A stretch of 64,000 nucleotides of DNA from Naegleria gruberi (lineage: Eukaryota), in NCBI GenBank assembly GCA_000004985.1, contig GG738885.1. One strand, 5' to 3'. Below, piece by piece: positions 22,557 to 35,032 of this stretch (within the stretch, counting starts at the first letter, position 1; every line of letters begins with the position of its first letter). The position numbers and the translations under genes are program-made. The notes below the pieces were generated by a model, which was given only the letters and a program-made list of their open reading frames with translations, was not told where the DNA came from and searched no databases.

Positions 22557-23751
22557 ATGATGATGACGATGATCAACAAAATAGATTTTGTTTCATACAC
22601 TTATACTGATAAATTTGTCAGATTAGAGATTGATGGTAAATCTTCCTTTGCTTTTAGTAATATTATCGGAGGAGATAAGAGTATATTCTTTGTTTGTGCA
22701 TCTTCTAATAGACTGGTCGAGATCAATGCTAAAGAATTTATTAGGCATAAAACACACAATACAGTAAAAACACCTATTACTTTGATTGATCACGATAAAG
22801 ATAATAGAATAGAAATGACAAAGATTGAATACCCAAATTTGATGGAGGACTCTATTGTTTATAATATTCAATATGTTATGGGAAAGGATTATGTGTATTT
22901 AGTGGACAAAAAAGATGGGAATGTTGGATCTTTTTCTCTCACTACAGGTCAATTATTAGTTAACAATTATTCAGATCATAGAGGAATCAGAAAGTTTATC
23001 GCTGGACCTCTTTCTTCTTGTCATGTCGTGCTGACCTATGACGGAACTATTTTTGAGAATGGAAAGGAGGTTGTTTTTTTTTCTACTGATCCACAACCGA
23101 ATATTTTGAGAGCTGCATGTTGTGGAAGAGGATCAATTCTGGCTTCTTCTCATGATCTTTATGCAAGAGGAGGCGATAATGTATTCTTTGTGTTTTCAGA
23201 AAAGTTTGGAGACTACAATCAAAATGTTTCATCAACACAGTTTGTGCATATTGCTAAATTTGAACACGAAATTAGAGATATCCAATGTGGATACTTTCAT
23301 ACTGTGGTTCTTTTGCAGAATAATGAATTATTTGCATGTGGCTACAATTGTTTGAATCAAGCCACTTGGGATAATTCCAGTGGTGAGATTAAACAATTTA
23401 CCAAAATTCAATACTCATTCGGTTATATTGAGAGATTTGGATGTTCCTCAAGAGGTACTTGGGTTGTTAGTGGTGAGTATTTTGTTCTTCTTTTGCTAAT
23501 CTTTTTAAGGTGATGAGGTTACAATGGTAGGAGAGGTTGTTGAACATTTTACAACTTTAGTTTCAAATACAGTTGTTCCAAAAATCATAAAGTTTCATCT
23601 GGAGGGCTTTGCTTGTGATACATTGACGAATTGTGGATGGCACTACGTAATGTACAAGCAAAACTCAAAGAAGAGTAACTATTTCAAAGAAAGACTTCAT
23701 ACCATGGTTGACTCGGAACGAATTTCTGACCTTGATTTCATTTACCAATAA
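22557..23751 (+). CDS. RCC1-like repeat protein, 2 exons
   Basis: Exon 1 is 22557..23472 and exon 2 is 23510..23751 (donor GTGAGT at 23473, acceptor AG at 23508-09, phase-consistent). RCC1-like blades are IQCGYFHTVVLLQNNELFACGYNCLNQ and AACCGRGSILASSHDLYARGGDN. Confidence 0.5.
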
Positions 23752-23912
23752 TTTATGTAAAATCATATTTTTAACTTAATGCCTGTGTAACCATTAATAT
23801 GGTCATTATCCTTCCTTTTGTTACATCCACTAACTCTACCATCCTAAACTGGAATCCATGTCACAGTTAAATCTGATTTGACTTGCAATACCACCGCTCT
23901 TCAACAAAAAAA

Positions 23913-25202
23913 ATGCCAAAACAACAAACAACCAAGAAAACCACAACCAATATCACTGAATCAAAGCAAGCCAAGACAAATATCTTGTTAGCACAGAATG
24001 AATTCTCTTCTGCCCTTTTCTCCCAAGTTGTCGATGAGAGTGCAGTAGATTCCAATGTAATTATTTCTCCATTTTCTATTTACCTGGCCATGATTAATTG
24101 CATGATGGCAACTGGAGGAAATACATTGAAGGAAATGATAAACGGTTTATTCCTTAAGGATAGTTTCGACAGTTGTAAGATGAACGATTTCAATGAACAG
24201 TTCCAACAATGGAAGGAAAGTGAATTGAAGCAGTACTCTACAATGATCAAGAAGATTGTTCAAAATCAGGATGTTTTATCAATTGCAAACAGAATTTATG
24301 TTGAAAAGTCTGTCGATATTAAGAGCGAATTTATTCAAGAATTAGAAGATCAATTTGATTCTGAAACTCAGTTGGCTAATTTCAAGAATGGTACCAAATC
24401 AGAAGTTTCAAAAATTAACAATTGGGTTGCTTCCATCACAAAGAATTCCATTAGAAATTTGATTACTGAACTTGACAAGGAAACACTCATGGTTCTTGTA
24501 AATGCCATCTACTTTAATGGTAAATGGAAGCATCAATTTCTTAAGAATAGAACTGTGGAAACTGCATTCAGAACTGTCAAAGATCCAGAGGGTGACTCAA
24601 CCAATTGCCAAATGATGAGTTTGGAAGATTGTAAAAGTAATTTTTATTTTGAAGAAATAGAAGATTGTCACATTTTAAAATTACCATACACAGACGAAGA
24701 TTATTGTATGCTCATTATCAAACCAGATGATTCCATTGATGTAGACGAGGAAAATGAAATTAGCTTCAACAAATGGATCAATTCAAAATTAACTGATATT
24801 ACCCAAATCTATCCTAAAGAAATGGTAAAGATGAGAAAGATTAGAATTCCTAAATTCAAATTTGAAAAGCAATTCGCCAACATTATTTCCAAAATGTCAG
24901 GCAACCCATTCAATATCAAGTCCTTATTCAATTCTAACACAGCTGATTTTTCCAACATGCTCTCTAATCCAAACACTGATGGAATCTATGTAGATCAAAT
25001 AATTCACAAGGCATGCATTGAAGTGGACGAATGTGGAACTGTTGCAAGTGCAGCAACTGCCATCTCAGCCAGAAAAAAGAGTAAATCTAGCTCTTCTGAA
25101 AAGGTATACGAATTTATTGCAGATAGACCTTTTGCATTCGTATTGAACCACATTCCTACCCAAAGTGTTCTCTTTGTTGGTAAAATTAATCAAATAAATT
25201 AA
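23913..25202 (+). CDS. serpin (serine protease inhibitor)
   Basis: Serpin hallmarks are VVNAIYFNGKWK, a hinge-like EVDECGTVASAATAIS, and the C-terminal FAFVLNHIPTQSVLFVGKINQ. The ORF is open from 23883 (TTG); the first ATG is at 23913. Confidence 0.85.
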   Translation: MPKQQTTKKTTTNITESKQAKTNILLAQNEFSSALFSQVVDESAVDSNVIISPFSIYLAMINCMMATGGNTLKEMINGLFLKDSFDSCKMNDFNEQFQQWKESELKQYSTMIKKIVQNQDVLSIANRIYVEKSVDIKSEFIQELEDQFDSETQLANFKNGTKSEVSKINNWVASITKNSIRNLITELDKETLMVLVNAIYFNGKWKHQFLKNRTVETAFRTVKDPEGDSTNCQMMSLEDCKSNFYFEEIEDCHILKLPYTDEDYCMLIIKPDDSIDVDEENEISFNKWINSKLTDITQIYPKEMVKMRKIRIPKFKFEKQFANIISKMSGNPFNIKSLFNSNTADFSNMLSNPNTDGIYVDQIIHKACIEVDECGTVASAATAISARKKSKSSSSEKVYEFIADRPFAFVLNHIPTQSVLFVGKINQIN

Positions 25203-25240
25203 TAGAATTCTCATTGTTAAATTGAGTATATTTGATAAAG

Positions 25241-26889
25241 TTATAAAATGATAACTTCTTGTGGTGGAGGCGTTAAAGGCTTTGGATTATTTACAATTAT
25301 TGAAATATCTGTGTAAAAATCTGTAACTAATCTACGCTTCATTCTAGCAAATGTCCAAGCTAGCCTAGTATTCTCTTTCTTAGTGAGATAAATGCTACGA
25401 GATTTAGAGCTAGTAAATAATTGATAAGAAAAGGAAGGGTTTTGTAGAAAAGAGTTGGGCAAGAGAATTCTATGAGGTACAGAAATGTCTCCCTCAATCT
25501 TTTCACAATAACTTGAACCAGTGATGTAAAAGTGTCCCTTTTTGGTTCCAAATACAGAACATGCTCTTCCTGCATGAATTGAAGTAATGAGCTCGTTAAC
25601 AGTGTTAATTCTTGTAGGCATATTCCTATCGGAATAATCTCCTAATCCTAATTGGCCATGCTTGTTTCTTCCTGAACAATAAAGCTGATTATTCCTAGTA
25701 AGGAAAAGAGTATGATTCCATCCACAAGCAATCATTGAAATGGATTGGTTGGAAAAGTGCTTCTTATCGATCAGAGTAATATCTGACCTCGATTTAAAGT
25801 CTTGTAACCCAAGTTGACCATAAGAATTCCTTCCACATGCAAAAACTTGTCCTAATTTTGTCAGAAATACAGAATGCAACTCGCCACAAGATGCAAATAT
25901 AACATAATCATTACTCTCCACCAATTCATCAAAGAATGTCAGTCTACTTGGTATTTTTATATCAACATCTCCATACATTTCTCCACAGAAATAGACCTTG
26001 TTGGTTCTTGTTATCATGATGGTATGATACGATCCACAAGCAAGTAGTTTGACCTTCTCATCAATTCTCGTCTTGGAAAGTGTGTTTACTCTACAATAGT
26101 CCTCTCCCAAATAATTTTCATCATTGACACATCCAATCTGTCCATAAATATTATATCCTAATTAGCCAGTTGCATGAATTTTGTAATAATATTAGACCAA
26201 AACCAATGTTCCACCAACAACTTACCCACTCCATACACCTGTCCATCTTTTGTCAATATCATACTATTTCTTTTACCACAAGCAATGTCTTTAATTTCTA
26301 AATCTTCCAAACAAAATTTCAAAATGTGTTTGTATACAGTAGAGTGTACAGTGCTACTAATATTCAATTGAGAATCAGCATTCTTTCCAATTGCAAATAT
26401 CCTATTCTTACTTGTTAAAATTAGAGTATGCCAAGATCCAGATTCAATCTTTTCAATATTTTCATCAATATCCAATACAGTAGACTTGATACTTTTCACT
26501 TGATGATCAATATTATTCATGCACAAGACTCCACCTTTACAGAATGCATTCATCCTATTGTTTTTGTGAGGGATCTTTACAAAGTGATCAATTTGCTCTG
26601 TTTCTTCTTGTTGTTGCAACTGGGAATCAACAATTAAAACATGTTCTTCAACAAATTCATCACCATACACAAATAATTCATTGGTTCTTAAAGGCTTTCT
26701 CTGTAAAATCTTGATCAACTTGTCATCATCAAGCACAGTTTCGGAACAATTAATTTCCTCATTAAATAATAGCAAGGAACCACTACTAGATGAATGTTGA
26801 TGATTACTACTACTAGTAGTATTATGATTATTATTAATTAATAGAAAGGGAACAACAGTCGTATCATCATCATAAATAATTTGCGTCAT
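25241..26889 (-). CDS. RCC1-repeat protein, 2 exons
   Basis: Exon 1 is 26226..26889 and exon 2 is 25241..26157 (donor GTAAGT, acceptor ...AATTAG, phase-consistent). The junction gives ...GQVYGVG|GYNIYGQIG. RCC1 blades are ACGWNHTLFLTRNNQLYCSGRNKHGQLGLGDYSDR and ASCGELHSVFLTKLGQVFACGRNSYGQLGLQD. Confidence 0.75.
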
Positions 26890-27087
26890 GGATGATGATA
26901 ATTTGGAACTAAATCACGGAATATTATCGGTTGTTACTTGTAAATAATTCAAGTCCTTTCGGGACATTAAATTTGTTGCTTTTGGTGTTGTTGGATTTTT
27001 TTGATTTTTTTAAAATACAAAAAATAATATTAAATTATTTAAAAAATTAGTTTTAAATATTGTAAATTAATAAATAGAGAAATGATT

Positions 27088-28729
27088 CTAAATCAATAGA
27101 GCAGTTGGTTTTTTCTTCTTTTCACAATCAACTGGTGCAACAAATTTTTCCAAAATAAAAAAGGCAATCAAGCAAGCAACATAGGAGCAAGCAATAATAA
27201 TTTGAATCGTATTTACAGTGAGATAAATTCCACAGAAAAATCCAACAGCTGATGATAGAGATTGAGTCATCTTGAATGCTGCAAAGGCCTCAGCAGTATT
27301 CTTCTTCTTGTAGTAATTCTTACTTCCCAATATTCCATAAATTGTGTTTGTGAGGAAACTATCTGAAAGTCCAAATAAGGCCATATTCACAAAGAATAAC
27401 AAATAAATTGGTGCATTAAAGCTTTCATCCAATTTGTTATCCTTCAATTCCTTTCCCCAATAGACCATTTGAGAACTAAGGGCAATTGCAATACAATAAA
27501 TAACCAGAGTAAAGATCATGGTCACTCGTTTTCCAATCTTGTCAAGCATTTTACCAGAAATTAAAGCACCAGACACTTGAGTAATACCAAACATTATCAT
27601 GACCCATCCCAACATTGTTTTACCAACAATAGGTGGTAAACTGCCAGTAAAGTATGAAGATCCAAATCCACTGTGGAATGAAATGACACTAAAGACCAAC
27701 ATTTTAGGAGAAACCAACACCAGAATGGATTCTTTCAATAGAGCTACAAATTGCTTTGCCTGGCCAGATAATTCCTCAGTGAAATATACCTTAATTTTGT
27801 GAATAATCTTGTTAAAGTAAGATCCACCAATAGCTCCATAAGTTGGTTCATCTGTTGGTGCTTTTTCTTCATCTATATCCTCAACTTCGCTCTTCGATAT
27901 TGGTCTAATAGCAAGCATTAAACCAACACCCACAACAGCAATAATTGACAAGATGAGAAACAGTTGAAAATTAGACATTCCAGCTCCAAACAAAGCTCCA
28001 GCAAGAGAATTTCCAAAAATTGAATTCAATTGAAAAATTGCAAAGAAAACTCCAGAAAACAAGCCCATAACTTCCACACTCTTTTTTCCACTTTCATCAT
28101 TCGATTGAGATTTCTTCACCTTATTCTGTGCAACAACTGCACTTTGTGTAATCATTGTTCCTTGAGCACACCATACTATTCGATGAATTTGAATCATTGA
28201 AATTCATTTACCACCAAAACAATTACTTACCCATAGCTGCACCAAATCCATTCACAACTGATGCCGAATAGAACAAGACTGTCGACTCAAATCCAGCAGC
28301 AAACACAAACAAACAATAACACAAAGCTCCTATAATGCATGCATACTTTGGAGTCAATAATTGACAAAAGGAAGGAGCAAAGAAATTGGAAAATGCAAAT
28401 ACTGCATACAATATCGAGAGTGACACAAATCCCTCCGACTTTCTCACAGTAGTAACAAATGATTGTGTTGTACCAAAGGCTGCAAATAACAAAAAGAAGG
28501 AAAATCCAAGAATGACCACATTGAAGAATCCCTTATTTAAAAACGAAGGTCCCAATACTTGTTTTAAAAATCCAAACTTTTGTGAATTCATCTTCTTATA
28601 ACTCGAATCTTTTGTTACTAATGAAATTTCCACTACAACTTCTTCGGAAGGTGGATCATCACCATCATTATTGGTACTTCCTCTCCTCGGTGAGTGTATC
28701 ACCATATGTAATGGTTTATCTTCATCCAT
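27088..28729 (-). CDS. MFS-type transporter, UNC93-like/MFSD11-like, 2 exons
   Basis: Exon 1 is 28231..28729 and exon 2 is 27088..28175 (donor GTAAGT, acceptor ...GAATAG, phase 1). About 11-12 hydrophobic TM segments are present. The layout resembles UNC-93-like proteins. Confidence 0.5.
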
Positions 28730-29070
28730 ATTATTATTACTATTATTAATTGTTATCCAAAATATATATTAAAATATATATAATAATTTAAATGAATTTA
28801 TGTGAAGCTGAACGTTCAGACAACAAGTAACAGGACGACAGTGCTGTTTGCTTTTTCTTTTTTTTGATGATTTTCCTTGGATTTGCTAAACAAGCATGTC
28901 GGAGAGCGGGAAAATGAACCGTTGAATTGTCATAATATTTTGTAAACTGTGTATCAATTTGTTAGTGTTGCCAAAGGTAGAATGGGAAGAACAAGTTCAA
29001 TAGATGATATTTCAACTGAAATGTTTAAATAATAGAATATCTTTAAAAAAAATACGAAACTTTGAGCAAG

Positions 29071-30147
29071 ATGGGTTTGATGGAAAAATTCAAGATTAAA
29101 TCGAGTAAAGATGATGATGATAATTCCATCAAATTACCTCCAATTAATAGCAATAATTATTCTAATACTAATTTTCGAATAATTCCTGAGGAAAGTTCTT
29201 TAAACAATGTCAAGAATTTGAAGAATACAAAAGTAATCAAGATTGAAAATTCAAAACTCATGATGAAAACAATGCAAATTGTGCAAGATTCAATTTTTGA
29301 TTTTCTTACCATTGTCGATTTGATTCAAATTGAATCGGCTTGTCATGCTTTTAATGAGATGGTAGTTTCGTATTTTGAAAGTAGAAATGCTGTTTGGTGG
29401 GCAAGAGCTTGGCAAATTCACTTTCTTAATGAAATGGACAAGGAGATTGATTCTAATTATCAATCGGTTATTGGAACTATCAATTCGAGAACTGAAAATA
29501 CCTCAACACGAAATACTTATACTGCCAGTAGAAATTCAATTGAGGAAATTGAAAATAATTATCCATTTGTGTATTCAAATAATCAAAACGAAACAACTGA
29601 CGATACAAATGACGAACCAAATGATGAATATTACGGACAAAGGAATTATACTGAACTAGTCATTGATTCCAAACAGCAAATTGATCAATTATTCGAAAAT
29701 GGAGGATTCATCCAAGATGCCACTCATTTAAAATACTCATCCAGTGGTAAGAGTGGCTCAGCAGATGGCATATTCTCAATTCCTCTCATCAACTTGATTG
29801 ATTTTAAAGAAAATATTCCTTCACACTCCTTCTCCCAACGAGAAAAACACGAAAGATCACCAATTGTTCTGACAATTGAATCTTTTTTAAGGAAATTCTT
29901 CAAATTACTTTTGAATAATTGGTGGCTCGCCTCCAGAAATCAAAAATCAAAAAATCAAAACACAAATGAAGAACAACTCATTCTCACAAATTCACACATC
30001 TCACGAAAGCAACAGAGAGGTTACGATAAATATGGACCTGTCTACAGTACAGAGAATATCAAGACATTTTCAATTAGGTATAGAGCACATAACACACCTG
30101 AAACTATTCTTTGCTCCCTCACTAATGTTTGTTCATACTATGGATAA
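29071..30147 (+). CDS. hypothetical protein (N/D-rich, possible F-box-like segment)
   Basis: The ORF is open from 29062 (TTG); an ATG is at 29071 (MGLMEKFKIK...). Only a weak F-box-like stretch is seen (IVQDSIFDFLTIVDLIQIESACHAFNEMV). Confidence 0.4.
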   Translation: MGLMEKFKIKSSKDDDDNSIKLPPINSNNYSNTNFRIIPEESSLNNVKNLKNTKVIKIENSKLMMKTMQIVQDSIFDFLTIVDLIQIESACHAFNEMVVSYFESRNAVWWARAWQIHFLNEMDKEIDSNYQSVIGTINSRTENTSTRNTYTASRNSIEEIENNYPFVYSNNQNETTDDTNDEPNDEYYGQRNYTELVIDSKQQIDQLFENGGFIQDATHLKYSSSGKSGSADGIFSIPLINLIDFKENIPSHSFSQREKHERSPIVLTIESFLRKFFKLLLNNWWLASRNQKSKNQNTNEEQLILTNSHISRKQQRGYDKYGPVYSTENIKTFSIRYRAHNTPETILCSLTNVCSYYG

Positions 30148-30441
30148 TGTAAATGAATAAGAAAGATTTGAATTTTTTATGTTACAATATGAAATTTCAA
30201 TACATACTTTGCTAAATTTCCCGATTTGCTCCAATCAATAGATTACAACATTGTTCAAGTAGTAAATCGGTTGTGTGACATTTCGAATAGTATCTTCCTT
30301 TACGCTAAATCGATTCTAGTTGACAGCAGTGATGTTTTATGTGTTCTAACTTGTTATTGATGAGAAAATGGATGGTTCCAGTTTGTAGATCTTTTCAAGT
30401 CATGACATCAGTCAACAATCAACAATTCAAACTTTAAAAAA

Positions 30442-32261
30442 ATGTACAATTGTGTGTTGAAAGGAAACTTTTATGTGTGGAATACTGATTTCGCAAAGGC
30501 TAAGGAGTATTTGAATGACAAGATTCATATTCCAAGAATGGCTATGGAATTGGCAACAATTCGTAAGTTTCTTCTACTTTCTTTTCTTTTCGAATAATGA
30601 AAGCTGCCTTCAGTTCTGGTATTTCTGGTGAAACTAATCAAAGAGAAGTTGCTTTCGAACAAATCGTAGCTGCTGAAAACAGTTTAAAGAAGGTCCATCG
30701 TCAAGATGACATTTTAAAAATGATTCATGACATTAAACAATATAATAAGGAACTTTATGACATGCCATCAACTTCCAGCAATTCAGAATTAGATGTTGCT
30801 GTCGATTTCTTTGATTCTGCAGATAAATCTCATCCAAATTACTGTCTTTTAGACGAAATGACAGAAGAACAACAACTTTCGAATTTTGAACTTGATCTGA
30901 AACTTGTCGATGCCGAAGCTCACTTAATTAGAGGTCTTTTACAATTCATGGATGGTTCCTATCTGAGAGGATTTTACAATTTCAGAAATTCCTATTTGAA
31001 ATTCAAAGAAGTTTACCACAAAATTGAAACTCTCAAAGATGAACCAAAAACTTCATCAAAATTTGTTCACAGTGATGTGATTTTCCCTTCCTATTTTGGA
31101 ATGGGTGTTTTCAACTTTTTAATTTCAGTTTTGCCTCCAACTTTGGCCTCCATTTTAAGTGTTTTGGGTTTTGATGCTGATAGGGAATTGGGTTTGAAAT
31201 TAATGACACAAGCTCAGGAATATGGTGGCAGAGGATTGGGAAATGCCAGTTTCATGTTGTGTATTAATTATTTGTTTGTTCCACGTGCATTGCAAGATCG
31301 TCAAGTGAATTTGAATTTGGTCAAGCCAATTCTTGATAAGATTTATAAGCAATATCCGAAAGGAGGTTTCTTTAAATGGGTTCTTTCACATTACGAGTTA
31401 AAGATTGGTGATTTGACAAATTCTGTCATTCACATTAAGGAAGCTGTTTCATTGTTGAAGGAAGCTATGGGTACCTCTCCAAATAATTACCTATTCGAAA
31501 CTGGTTTTACATTGGTCGTTGCCATGCAATTCGAGGAAGCTCAAGAGATATTGTACGAATTAATCAATAAGGAACATGCCAATGACTCCAAAGGTAATGC
31601 AGCTCTCATTTTGGCCGTTTGCAAATTGAAATGTGGAGATATCAAGGGAGCCAATGAAATTATTGACAACTTGTCAAAATATGTTCCAAAACAAAGCAAA
31701 TTCTCCAATGAAAAGATTGAAACTTTGAAATATGCCAAGAATGAAGAAGAAAGACATCTCATCCTGTACTTGAGTTTCTTCCAATTGATGTATTTGAGAA
31801 GAGATTTGGCCAACTTGAAACCAGAACATGCCAAGCCATTATATGAACTATTCCAAAAGACATGTCTCTCTAAAACTATCGATGAAAAATCCAAAGTTTA
31901 TCCAGATATCCAAGCTTGCTTATCAGTCATCAGAGCTCAATTCACCAAGATTTTGGATGATGCAGAGAAGAGTTTGCCAGAATTCCAAAATGCCATCGCC
32001 TTTGAAAATAAGATCAAGATTGAGAAGCAATGGATTGCATTCTCATATTATGAATTGGCTGAATCACTCTACTTGACCAAATATAAGAAATGTGATGATT
32101 CAGTTTCAAAGGATGATAAATTGAAACTCTTGCATGATGCCAAACACAACTTGGAAAAGTGTAACAAGATTAGTGGATATTCATTTGAGGAAGTATTGCA
32201 CACAAGAGCCAAATTGGCACTTAAACAAGTCGAAGATGACATTAAACATTTGAAACATTAA
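30442..32261 (+). CDS. TTC39/Iml2-family (DUF3808) tetratricopeptide-like protein, 2 exons
   Basis: Exon 1 is 30442..30562 (MYNCVLKGNFYVWNTDFAKAKEYLNDKIHIPRMAMELATI, missed by the ORF track), followed by a GTAAGT intron. Exon 2 is 30604..32261. The family-typical block is FGMGVFNFLISVLPPTLASILSVLGFDADRELGLKLM. Confidence 0.6.
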
Positions 32262-32304
32262 AGTGTTTTAATAAACTTTACAATAAATTAAAATATTTAA
32301 AAAA

Positions 32305-33261
32305 ATGACGAGAATTATTCTAGATGAATTTCCCTTTCGGGATCGCAAAATACTCAACAAATTGACAAAAACACTTAGAAAACCAATTCGATATTCCTTT
32401 CCCGAGGAATTTAATGTAACTGATTGTATTAATGTTTTGGAATTTGCAAATGTATCATCATTGAAAGGATTATACGTTTCTAACAAATGGCAGTTGATAC
32501 TTGCCTGTGCAAAGACTCAAATTTTAATATTCGATCTTCATTCAAAGGAATTAAAATTGATTTTTGAGCCCGATCGAGGAGATCAACCTTATTACATTGA
32601 TAATTTTAATCATGTGGTCATTGAAGAGGTGAGCCAAAAGGGAATGGAAGGTGATGCTCTGATTCTCTCGCATGCAGGAGTACATAATGGGTTTATTATT
32701 AAATTTGATTTGAGGAGTATTTTGGAAAAGAGACAAGAAATAATAATTTGGAAAAGAACCCTCACACATGTTCCTTGTGGAATGGTTCTTCGGTACAATA
32801 TCTTTTATGAGAATGAGTATCACAATTTCATTTACAGTGTAGATTTTAGTGAGATTGTAATTTTAAACTCAAAGGATTCAAATATTATTGCCAAGATTCG
32901 GAAAGGTGCAGAGCTTTCACCTTTTTCTTTATGTTTCGCTGAGGAAGAACGTTTTATTTTTGTGTGTGAGTTTGTTATTGTAACAATGCTGAAAGAGGAA
33001 GGGCTTAAACGATGGACCAAGGTTGCAGAATTTAAAAATCCTTCCATGCTACTTCCCTCAAACATTATTGTAGATCCAATCACTAAACAATTCTTGGCTC
33101 TATCAGATAGCTATATGCATGTCTTTAATTGGGAAACCAAGGCACTGATTCATCAGTACAATCTTTCAATCAAGAACCCTTTAGGAGCATTCTGGTCTGA
33201 TAGGACTGGTGAACTGTTCGTTAGTGATGCCTTTTCCAAGAGAATATTCATTCTGAAATAG
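32305..33261 (+). CDS. hypothetical protein (beta-propeller/NHL-like C-terminus)
   Basis: 318-aa ORF with an ATG start. The C-terminus GELFVSDAFSKRIFILK resembles 41287..42201 (LMYLADGNKISILR). Confidence 0.4.
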   Translation: MTRIILDEFPFRDRKILNKLTKTLRKPIRYSFPEEFNVTDCINVLEFANVSSLKGLYVSNKWQLILACAKTQILIFDLHSKELKLIFEPDRGDQPYYIDNFNHVVIEEVSQKGMEGDALILSHAGVHNGFIIKFDLRSILEKRQEIIIWKRTLTHVPCGMVLRYNIFYENEYHNFIYSVDFSEIVILNSKDSNIIAKIRKGAELSPFSLCFAEEERFIFVCEFVIVTMLKEEGLKRWTKVAEFKNPSMLLPSNIIVDPITKQFLALSDSYMHVFNWETKALIHQYNLSIKNPLGAFWSDRTGELFVSDAFSKRIFILK

Positions 33262-33282
33262 TGACATATCTAGTTTTTTTCA

Positions 33283-35032
33283 TTAAGCATTCTTATGGGT
33301 GGGAGAGAGGAAAAGTTGAGGATATTCTCTGTCTGTTCTTGATTTTTTCAGGAGATTAAATTGTTCCTTTGATATTCTCCTCTCCATTAATAGACCATTC
33401 TGTGAAACTGCCTCCAAAAGGAAATCAAAATCTAACTGGAAATTATATGGAATTATTGGAAATATGCCTGCATCTCTCTTTAAAATATTAAAGAGAAATT
33501 CTCTGTCAAAGTTGTAATTGTAAAAGCGATAATGTAAAATGGATGGCATTTCATCTACCAATTCTAACACCAAAGAATTATCATTTTTCAACCTTTTAGA
33601 AATGTTTCTGTAAGAATTAGGGCTAATTTTTACAACTTGTTTGACAAAATCTCTGTCATCCTTTAATTCATAAGAGGCATACTCAAATAAATCAAACCGA
33701 TCTCCTGCATCTTTGGGAGGATTTCTTAATGCTTCCAAAATGGCTGTTCTATCAGAATGTAAATGAGGTAAATGAATTAATGCTGCTCCATTCTGTCTTA
33801 TTGAATCCATGGCAATATCCAAATCATTAAGTATATCCTTGTGAGCAAAGTGGATGGCATATCCACAATTGGATATTGCAATTCTTACAATCTCCTTATC
33901 AGCTCTCAATTCTTCATTTGACAAATTCAAGCAATTCTCCCCTCTTTTTCAGGGCTAAAACTGCCAGTTCTCTATCACTTCTCAATTCTTCTGATAAAAG
34001 TTCGTACGTTATCGGATTGAGATTAATCAACTCCCTCATAAAATCCTTATCATTGCATAGATTATCAGGTAAATTATTGAATGGAAGAGTGCCCAGGGTT
34101 ACCAAACTTTTTTTGAGAAATTCCTTGTCTCCTTGTAACTCCTTACTTAAACAATTAATGAAATATGGATTTGATTCAAGAGAAGCAATTAAAATCTCTC
34201 TGTCATTATAAAATTGCTTTACCATTTGTGAATCAATTGAGTAGCCAGTCTTACAAGCTGCTAACAGCAATTCCCTATCTTGCTTAAATTTATCAGTACT
34301 GATTTGATTCAACAACGAACCATTGATCTTGATTGCTTCATAAACTACATCTCTATCACGTTGCAAATTTGTTGGTAAATAAGGTAGAACATGAGGAAAC
34401 GCCTTCACTATTTCTATGGCTAGATCCTTATCTTTAACATCTCTGGCCTCTCTAGGATGCCTCAGAAGATACTCTTTTACAAACTCTTTATCACGAAGAA
34501 AGGCAAGAGGAATTGATCCTCCACTCCTCACAGATAACAATCCAATTTCTCTATCGCTGTCAAACATGCTTAATGAGTCCAATATTTCACCATTTGCCTG
34601 CACTAACATCTTAACCTTCTCTCTATCCTTAATAATACTTGCTGGCAAATGATCTGCAACTTTGGTATCATACTTGACCATCTCCAAGACAATTTCAAAA
34701 TCTTTGAGAAACTCCGAGCTTGCCCAGTCAAATACAGGACCAACCTTAGCAGCATGTAAGACCAATTCTCGATCCTTCTTCAATGAATCATTAAGGAATT
34801 CAGGAAAGATTGTATGTCCCTCCTCAAAGGCTCTCATCAAGACTTGCCTATCATCGTAGAATTCTATTGGGAATTTGTTTGATTCAGATGCAAAGAATTC
34901 ATCAATATGCTCCAGATACTTTTTCATACTCTTAGCTTGAAGTAGGAAGCGAGCTTGTAACTTGTCCAGTAAACAATTACTCTTCATACCACTCCAATCT
35001 TCATCCAATTGTAATACAACATTTTCCGACAT
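33283..35032 (-). CDS. DUF4116-repeat protein (apparent 1-nt frameshift at a G-run near 33935-33940)
   Basis: ORFs 33914..35032 and 33283..33930 both carry reiterated ~35-aa units of the DUF4116 type (DRELVLHAAKVGP...FLKD, ELRSDRELAVLALKKRGELL, ELRADKEIVRIAISNCGYAIHFAHKD). Removing one G from gaggggag joins the frames (…ALKKRENCLNLSNEELRADKEIV…). Confidence 0.55.
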
